Assembly (NCBI GenBank): GCA_963792965.1
Contig: CAWBYW010000002.1
Location: 1 to 19,398, forward strand
From: an uncultured delta proteobacterium
GTDB lineage: Bacteria > Desulfobacterota > Zymogenia > Zymogenales > Zymogenaceae
Reading direction: 5' to 3'
DNA length: 19,398 nt
Shown: piece after piece, positions 9,918-19,398 of the stretch
Layout of the letters: each line of letters begins with the position of its first letter
Numbering within the stretch: the stretch's first letter is position 1
Position numbers and translations under genes: made by a program
Notes under the pieces: generated by a model
Databases searched by the model: none
What the model saw: the letters and a program-made list of their open reading frames with translations, nothing else
Told to the model about the DNA's origin: nothing

Positions 9918-10889
9918 TTATGAGCCGTGCGGCTTTTTGAAGACCTCGGACATGATCCGGTTGACCTCCGTGTAGGGGTCCGTCTTGCGCCCGGCCATCG
10001 CCTCGTAGAGCTGTGCCAGCCCCTCGTCACCCCCCCGTTCGTCCAGTACCCTTGAGAGGAGGCGGTCTTGCAGCAGCTCGAGGAACTCGTAGCGCGCCCG
10101 CTCGACCCGCTTTCGCGCGAGCCCCTTCCCACCCTCGGTGTATGCCCGGTGCGCGACGACGGCCGCCATCAGCTCTTCGATCCCTTCTCCGTAGAGGGCT
10201 TCCGTCTTGACGACCGGCGGCCGGAGCTCGCCCTCGGCGTAGCGCTTCATGTCGAGCATGGCCGCTATATCATGCACGGCGCGGTCTGCCCCTTCCCGGT
10301 TGGCCTTATTGACGACGAAGACGTCCCCAACCTCCAGCACCCCCGCCTTGATGGCCTGGATCTCGTCGCCCAGCCCGGGCGTGAGGACAACCACCGTCGT
10401 GTGCGCCGTGGAGACGATCTCCGTCTCGTCCTGTCCCACGCCCACCGTCTCTATGATGATGATGTCCTTTCCCATCGCGTCCATGACGTTGATGACGTCG
10501 TTGGTGCTGGCGGAGATGCCGCCCAGATGTCCGCGCGTGGCCATGGAGCGGATGAAGACGCCCCGGTCGGTGAAGTGACGAGACATGCGGATCCGGTCGC
10601 CGAGGATGGCGCCGCCCGAAAAGGGACTGGTGGGGTCAACCAAGATAAGGCCGACGGTGAGATCCCGCTTTCGGTACCACTCCACGATCCGGTCGACGAG
10701 CGTGGATTTGCCCGCACCGGGAAGGCCGGTGATTCCTAAGAGATAGGCCTTCCCGGTGCAGGGGTAGAGTTTTTTGAGCTGTTCTGCCGCGCCGGGCATC
10801 TCGTCGTCGATGTCGCGCATCAGCCGCGCTGCGGCCCGCACATCGCCCGCAAGCACCCGCTCGGCAAGTGACGTCGTGTTATAAACCAA
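9918..10889 (-). CDS. meaB: Acyl-CoA mutase-associated G3E GTPase chaperone MeaB (start uncertain, probably TTG at 10889)
   Basis: GITGLPGAGKST, VDPTSPFSGGAILGDRIRM, ETVGVGQ, GDEIQAIKAG and VVNKA. Confidence 0.94.
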   Translation of the reverse strand: MVYNTTSLAERVLAGDVRAAARLMRDIDDEMPGAAEQLKKLYPCTGKAYLLGITGLPGAGKSTLVDRIVEWYRKRDLTVGLILVDPTSPFSGGAILGDRIRMSRHFTDRGVFIRSMATRGHLGGISASTNDVINVMDAMGKDIIIIETVGVGQDETEIVSTAHTTVVVLTPGLGDEIQAIKAGVLEVGDVFVVNKANREGADRAVHDIAAMLDMKRYAEGELRPPVVKTEALYGEGIEELMAAVVAHRAYTEGGKGLARKRVERARYEFLELLQDRLLSRVLDERGGDEGLAQLYEAMAGRKTDPYTEVNRIMSEVFKKPHGS

Positions 10890-12030
10890 GGTACCTCGAA
10901 ATAACGATGCGCTGCACTTCGCTGGTTCCTTCGCCGATCTCAAGGAGCTTCTGATCGCGGTAGAACCGCTCCACCGGATACTCCTTCATGAGCCCGTATC
11001 CGCCGTGAAGCTGTACCGCCTGATTGACAACCCGGCTCATCACCTCGCTGCAATAGAGCTTGGCCATCGCCGCCACTTCCCCGAAGGGCCGCTTGTTTTC
11101 TCTCAGCCAGCAGGCTTTGTAGAGCATGTTCCGGGCGGCCTCGATCTCCATGGCCATGTCGGCCAGCTTGAAGGCGTTGACCTGGAACTTCCCGATGGGC
11201 TTGCCGAACTGCTCACGCTCTTTTGCGTACTTGAGCGCCTCCTCGAAGGCGCCCTGTGCGCCTCCCAGGCCCATCGCCGCGATGGAGAGCCTGCCGCCAT
11301 CAAGCGTCTGGAGCATCTGGTGGAATCCTTCGCCCCGCTTGCCCAACAGGTTCTCCTCGGGAACCTTTACGTCGTCGAAATAGAGCTCGCCGGTGTCTGA
11401 GGCCCGCCACATCATCTTCTTCTTCATCGCCACCTTTTTGAACCCGGGGGTATCCGAAGGTACGAGGATGCAGGAAATCTCCTTCCTCCCATCGGGACGC
11501 GTCCCCGTCGCCGACTGGACGACGCAGATGCCCGCCATTTCGGACGTGGAGTTGGTGATGAAGATCTTCGAACCGTTGATGACCCAGTGGCCGTCCTTGA
11601 GGACGGCCGCTGTTTTGCTTGAGCCGGCGTCCGACCCCGCGTTGGGCTCGGTCAGGCCGAAGGAGGCAAGGATCTCGCCGGAGCAGAGCCTCGGAAGCCA
11701 GATTTCCTTCTGTTTCTTGCTGCCGAAGTAGTTGATGGGCCCGATGCCCAGCGAATTTGCCGCCGCCACCGTTGCCGCCTGTGAGCCGTCCACCCGGGCG
11801 ATCTCTTCCACCGCGATGATGTAGGAGATGTAGCCGACATTGGAGCCGCCGTACTCTTCGGACACGAACATGCCGAAGAGCCCCAGCTCGCCCATCTGTT
11901 TGGTGATGTCCGTGGAGAAGACGGCCTTTTCGTCCAGCTCCTCGGCCTTGGGTTTGATGACCTTTTCGGCGAAGTCACGGACGGTCTTTCGGAGTATATT
12001 CTGTTCTTCGGTAAGGTCGTAGTTCAACAT
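10879..12030 (-). CDS. Acyl-CoA dehydrogenase (short/branched-chain type)
   Basis: FGLTEPNAGSD, INGSKIFITN, QLHGGYG and EIGEGTSE (catalytic Glu position). ATG at 12030 follows a GAGGT RBS. Confidence 0.95.
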   Translation of the reverse strand: MLNYDLTEEQNILRKTVRDFAEKVIKPKAEELDEKAVFSTDITKQMGELGLFGMFVSEEYGGSNVGYISYIIAVEEIARVDGSQAATVAAANSLGIGPINYFGSKKQKEIWLPRLCSGEILASFGLTEPNAGSDAGSSKTAAVLKDGHWVINGSKIFITNSTSEMAGICVVQSATGTRPDGRKEISCILVPSDTPGFKKVAMKKKMMWRASDTGELYFDDVKVPEENLLGKRGEGFHQMLQTLDGGRLSIAAMGLGGAQGAFEEALKYAKEREQFGKPIGKFQVNAFKLADMAMEIEAARNMLYKACWLRENKRPFGEVAAMAKLYCSEVMSRVVNQAVQLHGGYGLMKEYPVERFYRDQKLLEIGEGTSEVQRIVISRYLGL

Positions 12031-12058
12031 ATACCTCTTCTTTGTCCTGCCGCTTGGG

Positions 12059-12690
12059 TTAGGCCGGCTCAAACCACATGAGAAGCATCGGGTGCCCCAC
12101 CGGCTCCTTGGTGTAGGCAACCTTGACCGGCATCCCTGATCTTGATCTTCGTCCGGTCGGTTCCCCAGTTCCTCAGCTGATGGGTGAACAGAGAGTCGGC
12201 CCCGTCAAGCTTGACCATCGCCAGCACGTAGGGCATCTCCACCTTCATGAAGGCCGGGACGAACTCGCGAGATCGAAAAGCTCATCAAGCGTCCCGTGCC
12301 GGGCAGCTCCTTCCACTTAGTGATGGCCAGGCAATCGGGGCAGACCGGCCGCGGGATCGCCCAGACGTAGCCGCACTTGGGGCATTCGGTGGCGAAGAAC
12401 TTCTTGTTCTCCAGCTCGATGAAGAACTTGGAGTATTTGCCAAGCGAGTGGCGGTAGGTGAGTTCCATCTTCCACTCGATGCGCATGATCTCGCGGAAAT
12501 CCTTCCACGGGTCCTGGTCCGCCCGATGGATGGGGTCAAAGGCGAGCTTCGGTCCGATGGGATCGTCGGCCTTGAATACCTGTAGTTTCGTAGAGACGAG
12601 GCCCCGGGCTTTCCCCGGCGCCAGATCGGCTATCTTCGGGAGCTTGGGGTATAACGTCTTCTGGGGATCGTCGAAAACACTTTTAGCCAT
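12059..12690 (-). CDS. DUF35-type Zn-ribbon/OB-fold protein; 2 apparent indels (near 12267 and 12138)
   Basis: CPKCG..PRPVCPDC, LPGTGRLMSFS, then PYVLAMVKLDGAD and IGMPVKVAY..MWFEPA* in shifted frames. Preceded by an AAAGGAG RBS. Confidence 0.9.
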
Positions 12691-12708
12691 GGTCGTTTCT
12701 CCTTTCTG

Positions 12709-13921
12709 TTAGTCGACACGCCGGAAGATGTTGATGGCCACAAAGGTCCCGGTTCCGCCGTGGGAGTCCATGCCGCCCTGCCCGTTGATGATCTTGGCCT
12801 GGCGCTGGGGATGTGACCTCCTCGCGCAACTGCTTCATGACCTCGATGCCCTGGTTGACGCCGGTGGCGCCGACTGGGTGGCCCATGCCGATGAGGCCGC
12901 CGGAGGTGTTGATGGGGAGCTCGCCGCCGAGGTCGAAGTAGCCCTCCTCGTAGAGCTTGCCGCTGCGCCCCAGCCCGCAGAGGCCGAGGTCCTCGCAGCT
13001 GACCATCTCCACGCCGGAGTAGGCGTCGTGCACCTCGAAGCAGTCGAGCTCCTTGGCGGGGTTCTTGATGCCGGCCATCTTATAGGCCTGCTCGGAGGCG
13101 ACGCGTTTCGACCGGAAATGGGCGATGCCGGGATAGGGGTAGGGCCGATCGGCGATACGCATATAGTCGGTCCCGCATCCGGTTCCCACCACCTCGATGC
13201 GCGGCTTGCGGTACCACGAGGTCGAGTGGGCCTTTGCCCACTCTTCGGTGGCGAAGACCAGGCACGACGCACCGTCGGAAAGGAGGCAGTTATCCAACAC
13301 CTTATAGGGCGAGGTGATCAGCGGGGAGTTCATGACGTCCTCCACCGTGATCCTCATGGGGCTCTGGGCGTACTCATTGTAGATGGCGTTGCGGTGGTTC
13401 TTGACGGAGACCAGCGCGAACTGCTCTTCCTTGGTCCCGTACATGTCCATATGTGCCCGCATCATCATGGCGTAGTAGGCGATATAGAAGCCCGCCACCT
13501 GCACCTCCCAGTCCGTGTCGGAGGCCAGCGCGATGAACTGCTGGGCCACGTCGGACGGCACGTGCCGGCCCATGTTCTCGGTGCCGTACACGATCATGGA
13601 ATCGCAGAGGCCCGACTTGATGTAGGCATAGGCGTTCCTGATGGCCAGGCCGCCGGTGCCGCCGCCGCCCTCGACGCGAACGTTGGGCTTGGGGCACATG
13701 CCGACGCAGTCGTGGAAGATGGCGCCCTGCTTCAACTGCTTGTCGAAGTGGTCGGAGAAATACGAGGTCGTGGCATGCTCGATATCGGCGATCTCGACGC
13801 CGGCGTCACAGACCGCTTCCATTACCGCTTCTACGACCCAGTCGCGAATGTTGCCGTCCGGGCGCTCGGAGGCCATCTTGGAGATGCCGCCACCCAGGAC
13901 GAAGACCCTTCTGTCGCTCAT
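12709..13921 (-). CDS. Thiolase-fold (SCP-x-like) protein lacking the nucleophilic Cys; indel near 12810
   Basis: RVEGGGGTGG at the Cys loop, KNHRNA..N.YAQ, SDGA, EVHDAY and SGGLIGMGHPVGATG. The true C-terminus SHGGTGTFVAINIFRRVD* is in another frame. Confidence 0.9.
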
Positions 13922-14126
13922 AGAAATCCTCCTTATCTGTTTCCTGTCACAGTAACATTGCGCATCATAATAAATCCCGGCGCCTCTCGCCGAGCCGGAG
14001 CTCTACCGAAGGCGCCAGCCTGAAGACTTGTCATATCGCTTTCTGAAAGCCATACCACCCGAGCCGCCCGTGCGGGTCTTCTCGCTCGTGTCGAGACCAC
14101 CCACGAACGCCGCGTGCGCGGGGTGG

Positions 14127-14531
14127 CTACTTCGGCTTGATGTTGCCGTTGATCCAATTTACGATCCGCTCGGTGCTGTCCCCGGGCAGGAAGATCTCTC
14201 CCACCCCGGCCTCCTTGAGCTTCACGATGTCCTCCTCGGGGATGATACCGCCGCCGAAGACCGCGATGTCGCTTGCACCCTCCTCTTTGAGAAGATGAAT
14301 GATCTGCTTGAAGAGGTGGTTGTGCGCCCCGGAGAGAATGGAAAGCCCGATGCCGTCCACGTCCTCCTGGACGGCCGCCGCGACGATCATTTCGGGCGTT
14401 TGATGGAGCCCCGTGTATATCACCTCGATCCCCGCGTCGCGCAGGGCGCGAGCGACGACCTTGATGCCCCGGTCGTGGCCGTCGAGCCCCGGCTTTCCGA
14501 GAAGTATCCTGATTTTTCGTCCTTTGGTCAT
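14127..14531 (-). CDS. Cobalamin-binding small subunit of an acyl-CoA mutase (IcmB-like)
   Basis: [10 protein letters not shown] (DxHxxG), GLSILSGAH and GGGIIP; 134 aa. Confidence 0.95.
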   Translation of the reverse strand: MTKGRKIRILLGKPGLDGHDRGIKVVARALRDAGIEVIYTGLHQTPEMIVAAAVQEDVDGIGLSILSGAHNHLFKQIIHLLKEEGASDIAVFGGGIIPEEDIVKLKEAGVGEIFLPGDSTERIVNWINGNIKPK

Positions 14532-14639
14532 GATATGGATCTCAATAGTTCGTGTTGGTTATAGGTCTTCGCGGCCCGCTAAAAGAGACCGTGCCGACGG
14601 GCCGAGCATACCTCACGTGACGCGCGACGCACGGGCGGC

Positions 14640-16315
<1,676 letters not shown>

Positions 16316-16398
16316 ATACCCCCCGTATATCTTTCAGGTTCTTATTAACTTTTCCAAACGCTCCCGGTGGTGAGACGAAAGAAGACATCTCCCCTCGT

Positions 16399-16944
16399 TT
16401 AGCGCTCAATTCCGAGCCGTGCTTGTGTACCGTTTGCATAAGGATGTTTTATTTCCACCATCTCGGTGACGAGGTCGGCGCGCTCAATGACCTCGGGCCT
16501 CGCGTACCTGCCGGTGAGTATGAGCTCGGTCTCGGAAGGCTTCGTATCGATCAGGGCAAGGACGTCGGCAAGCTTGATGAGCCTGAAATCCAGCGCCACG
16601 TTGATTTCGTCAAGTACGACGATGTCGTATTCCTTACCGGAGATGATCTTTTTGGCCAGCGCCAGCGCATCCTTGGCGAGCTTCACATCGATCGACTCGG
16701 GATTGTTCTTGTCCACGAAGTCGGGCCGCCCCATCTGGATGATCGTGAGGTAGGGGGCAAGGTACTTTGCCGCGCCGAGCTCGCCGTAGTAGATCTCGCC
16801 CTTCATGAACTGAATGACGCAGGTCTTCAGGCCGTGGCCCGCGGCTCTGAGCGCGAGCCCGAGGGCGGCCGTGGTCTTGCCCTTACCGTTTCCGGTGTAG
16901 ACCTGTACGAGGCCCTTTCGATCTTTTTTCGCGTCGTCTCCCAC
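16399..16944 (-). CDS. cobO: Cob(I)yrinic acid a,c-diamide adenosyltransferase (CobO/BtuR type)
   Basis: VYTGNGKGKTTAALG, QFMKG, VVLDEIN, LILTGR and ADLVTEM..IKHPY. Confidence 0.94.
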   Translation of the reverse strand: MGDDAKKDRKGLVQVYTGNGKGKTTAALGLALRAAGHGLKTCVIQFMKGEIYYGELGAAKYLAPYLTIIQMGRPDFVDKNNPESIDVKLAKDALALAKKIISGKEYDIVVLDEINVALDFRLIKLADVLALIDTKPSETELILTGRYARPEVIERADLVTEMVEIKHPYANGTQARLGIER

Positions 16945-16969
16945 GATATCAACCCGTCTCCCGTTACGT

Positions 16970-17026
16970 CCTGCAGGGGGCGCGTTATGTCGCGCCCGCG
17001 AGTGGTATACATGCCGCCCCTACAGG
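16970..17026. repeat. Degenerate GTAG-family REP doublet (REPIN-like)
   Basis: Outer arms CCTGCAGGGGGCG and CGCCCCTACAGG. Left unit has the hairpin GGGCGCG-TTATGT-CGCGCCC. Right unit reads GTAGGGGCGGCATGTATACCACTC on the minus strand. Confidence 0.55.
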
Positions 17027-17041
17027 TTTAACCCCGTGGAC

Positions 17042-17051
17042 ATTACGTAAT
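17042..17051. promoter_or_regulatory. Palindrome ATTACGTAAT, candidate operator upstream of cobO
   Basis: Shares the TTACGTAA core with the site upstream of the MerR gene. Confidence 0.45.
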
Positions 17052-17065
17052 ACGATGAGCTTATC

Positions 17066-17528
17066 TCACTCCCGCTCCTTTTTGAGCTTATCGCGCATCC
17101 GTTTCTGGAACTCCTCGATCTCGACCCTGAGGAGCCTGAGCTCGTCTATACGGTGGTCTATCTGGCGCCGGTGATTGTCGAAAAGTTCGATGATCCGTGG
17201 GAAGACTTTGGAGTTCTTGCGGTGCGTCTCGTAGATGGCGTTGAGCTCCTGCATCTCGGCAAGGGTCAGGCCGAGGATCTTGAGCTTCTGGATGAACCGG
17301 ATGCGCCTTAGATCGTTTTCGGTGAAGACGCGCTTGCCTCCCTCCGTCCTCCTGATCGAGTCAAGCAGGCCGATCTCCTCGTAGTAGCGGATGGTGCGCG
17401 GCGAGACGTCGAGCTTCTTCCGAGAGCTCGCTGATGTTCATGTGGAGCAGCGTCGCCGGGGAAGCCGGCCGCGTCAGATTCTTGCCGCCGTTTCCGAGGG
17501 AATTTGCATTGTTCTTCTTGACGGCCAT
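17066..17528 (-). CDS. MerR-family transcriptional regulator (LiuR-like); indel near 17421
   Basis: Manual translation gives MNISELS-KKLDVSPRTIRYYEEIGLL..RTEGGKRVFTENDLRRIRFIQKLKILGLTLAEMQEL followed by a coiled coil. The ORF track shows only the C-terminal 62 aa. Confidence 0.9.
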
Positions 17529-17561
17529 GTCTCTCGTCTCACCCGTTATCTGGCGGTCTTG

Positions 17562-17626
17562 TCTGCCATGTTACGTAAACTGGCAGATCATGTCCCGTTT
17601 CTATCAAAGGCGGGGCGGCTTGTCAA
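17562..17626 (-). promoter_or_regulatory. Promoter plus palindromic operator of the regulator/mutase cluster
   Basis: TTGACA (17626-17621), 17-bp spacer, TG-n-TAGAAA, followed by the near-perfect palindrome TCTGCCA-TG-TTACGTAA-AC-TGGCAGA (17562-17587). Confidence 0.65.
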
Positions 17627-17755
17627 GAAAAATGTGAATGATTTGTCAGTCAATCATTGTTCTCGGTCATGTCCCTATTGCTGACGTGGTGGGGTCCAAT
17701 GCCTGAGATGCGGTGATCGAGGAGGAAGGCTCGCCGACGGGGATGCTCTGTTATG

Positions 17756-17784
17756 GCCCCGCGAGATCTAAGATCTCGCGGGGC
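17756..17784. repeat. Perfect 14-bp inverted repeat with a 1-nt spacer
   Basis: GCCCCGCGAGATCT-A-AGATCTCGCGGGGC, 4 bp after the stop of the 17789-18490 gene. No U-tract. Confidence 0.8.
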
Positions 17785-17788
17785 GCTG

Positions 17789-18490
17789 TTACGCCCATCC
17801 CTCCCGGGCGAGGGCGTCGTGGAGCTCGTCGGGGTGATGGCGGCAGCGATATTCGAGCTTGCTTGAATCGACATGGGCCCTCGAATAGGGCCACCCTTTG
17901 GCCATCTTGTTTCGCTCGTGCAGCTCGTGCAGGAGGACGAAGGGGCGCTCGGCCTCAACGAGGTCGTCGTCGATCCAGACCTCCCCCTTGGGGACGAACT
18001 CGTAGACGTGGTCGTGCCCCCCCTCGGTGTAGTCGATGTCAAAGACGCTGCGGACGAGCCTCCCGTTCACGATCCAGACCTCGACGCCGCTCTCCAGCCG
18101 CTTCCAGAGCCGCACGTGCACCTGTCGCGGGTCGGGGAGGTCGTCGCCGGTCAGGACGCGCTTCGCGTCGCTGGATTTGCGGCGCTCGGCCCGCTCGGCG
18201 AGGTCGGCGGCGTCGATCGCCTTGTCGTATGGGGTCCCGGCCGCCATGAGCCGGTGCTCTACGAGGAGGTGGTCGATGAAGAACCTGATCTCGCCCTGAT
18301 CGGCGTCCGGGGGGATTTGGTCGATCCAGAACTCATTTTGCGGGATGAAGGGGAAGCGGTAGTGCTGGCCGTAGTTGGTGAACTCCTCGTCGATGCGGCT
18401 GCGCACATATGCGCCATCGACCATAAAGATGCCGATATCGCCCCGCTCCTCGACCTTCTTCAGATATGGTGGCTTTAATTGCTCATCCAT
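17789..18490 (-). CDS. Hypothetical protein with a two-fold internal repeat and an HExxE...H putative metal site
   Basis: Intact ORF; likely ATG at 18490 (MDEQLKPPY) after a G-rich RBS. The two halves align by eye. Confidence 0.85.
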   Translation of the reverse strand: MDEQLKPPYLKKVEERGDIGIFMVDGAYVRSRIDEEFTNYGQHYRFPFIPQNEFWIDQIPPDADQGEIRFFIDHLLVEHRLMAAGTPYDKAIDAADLAERAERRKSSDAKRVLTGDDLPDPRQVHVRLWKRLESGVEVWIVNGRLVRSVFDIDYTEGGHDHVYEFVPKGEVWIDDDLVEAERPFVLLHELHERNKMAKGWPYSRAHVDSSKLEYRCRHHPDELHDALAREGWA

Positions 18491-18580
18491 AGGCTGCCCC
18501 CCACGATATGGGTTGGAGTCACTTACAGATTCGTGCGGATTTCCTCTCTCCTGAAGCAATCGACGATATGATCATTGACG

Positions 18581-18630
18581 AAGCCCGTCGCAAAGCAGTA
18601 TGTTCCCGGACTGAATACTGGAACGGGCTT
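18581..18630. other. Bulged hairpin (50 nt)
   Basis: AAGCCCGT/ACGGGCTT outer stem and CAGTAT/ATACTG inner stem, followed by TT on the plus strand. Confidence 0.45.
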
Positions 18631-19398
18631 TTGCACTTGAGGGGACACGTCCTTGTAACCGTTAGGAGCCGGGCAATTAGGAGTTGGCCATCAAGGGACT
18701 GCCGGACTCATGCCTCGCTCCTCAATCCTTTTTCTTCAAGGTTGAGCACTCTCCAGCATGGCAACGCCTTCTTAATTTCTTTTTATGAAGGCTCCAAGGC
18801 AGTTGATAACTTTTCGTAAAGATCATAGGTCAAACCCGGAAAGATGTCAATGCCGAAGGTGCCCGGAAACCTTGCACTATATAGAGCGGCTAAGCCAGAA
18901 GAAGTCATGGCCATTTTGACCAAATACCCGCATGACGCAGGACATCGCTGCGGACGACTTCCATTTCTTTCGATGAGCAGATTCAAAATTGGACATTTGA
19001 GTCACCGCTGCATCAACAAAGGCAAGACACTGTAATTACGACTGAGTTTGTGAAGATTGCTAACACTTATAGCTTGTGGTGAGTCAGCATTGCATCAGCA
19101 GGGTAATTTCGAGTAATGGCCGTTTAGGTCAATGAGTTTCAAGAATGACATAATCTTCCCATAAGATCAGCCTGTTATTAATGTCCAGCCATGTATAGGC
19201 TAGTCTGGCACATTTGGTGCATCTCCTTTGACGCAGAAGGGCTGGCCCGCTGAAGCAATAGAATTTGCTGTTCTTGTCGCAGTGGTTGCAGATCGGGTGG
19301 ACCGCCGACACAAGCCTTGCCCCTTCCTCCGATCTGGACCGCTCACAAAAGTCAACTAACAAAATAAGCTCGGTGCTGGCGTCGATAGCCAACGATAA

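Noticed and set aside
12728-14023. Long plus-strand ORFs antisense to real genes (12728-14023, 14658-15524, 15446-16348, 8645-9412 and others)
   Set aside because: These are shadow ORFs typical of high-GC codon usage, with no recognisable motifs.
13922-14126. Cobalamin riboswitch in the 200-bp gap after the mutase small subunit (also checked upstream of cobO)
   Set aside because: Hairpins exist, but the GGGAA, GCCACTG and B12-box (AGYCAGRANAC) elements are not seen.

Overview
GC-rich bacterial DNA, probably from an anaerobic Desulfobacterota/deltaproteobacterium-like organism (inferred from gene content and the DUF2065-queA-tgt-yajC-secD order). It looks like a single uncorrected Nanopore read: bases 1-32 resemble a garbled ligation adapter, and about 14 single-base indels break otherwise intact genes, so split ORFs are treated as sequencing errors, not pseudogenes. 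Left part (minus strand unless noted): secD (partial), yajC, tgt, an inserted 105-aa unknown gene, queA, a DUF2065 protein, a ThDP-dependent enzyme, an AlaX-type tRNA-editing protein and plsC (plus strand). Core (8.5-17.6 kb, all minus strand): MerR/LiuR-like regulator, cobO, a two-subunit B12-dependent acyl-CoA mutase with isobutyryl-CoA-mutase-type active-site residues (Phe/Gln, not Tyr/Arg), a thiolase-fold protein lacking the nucleophilic Cys paired with a DUF35 Zn-ribbon/OB-fold protein, an acyl-CoA dehydrogenase, meaB and a canonical thiolase. This mutase plus putative aldolase cluster is the best candidate for an undescribed pathway. The right end holds an internally duplicated HExxE-motif protein and an AT-richer region without a convincing gene. 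Several structured intergenic elements are also present.
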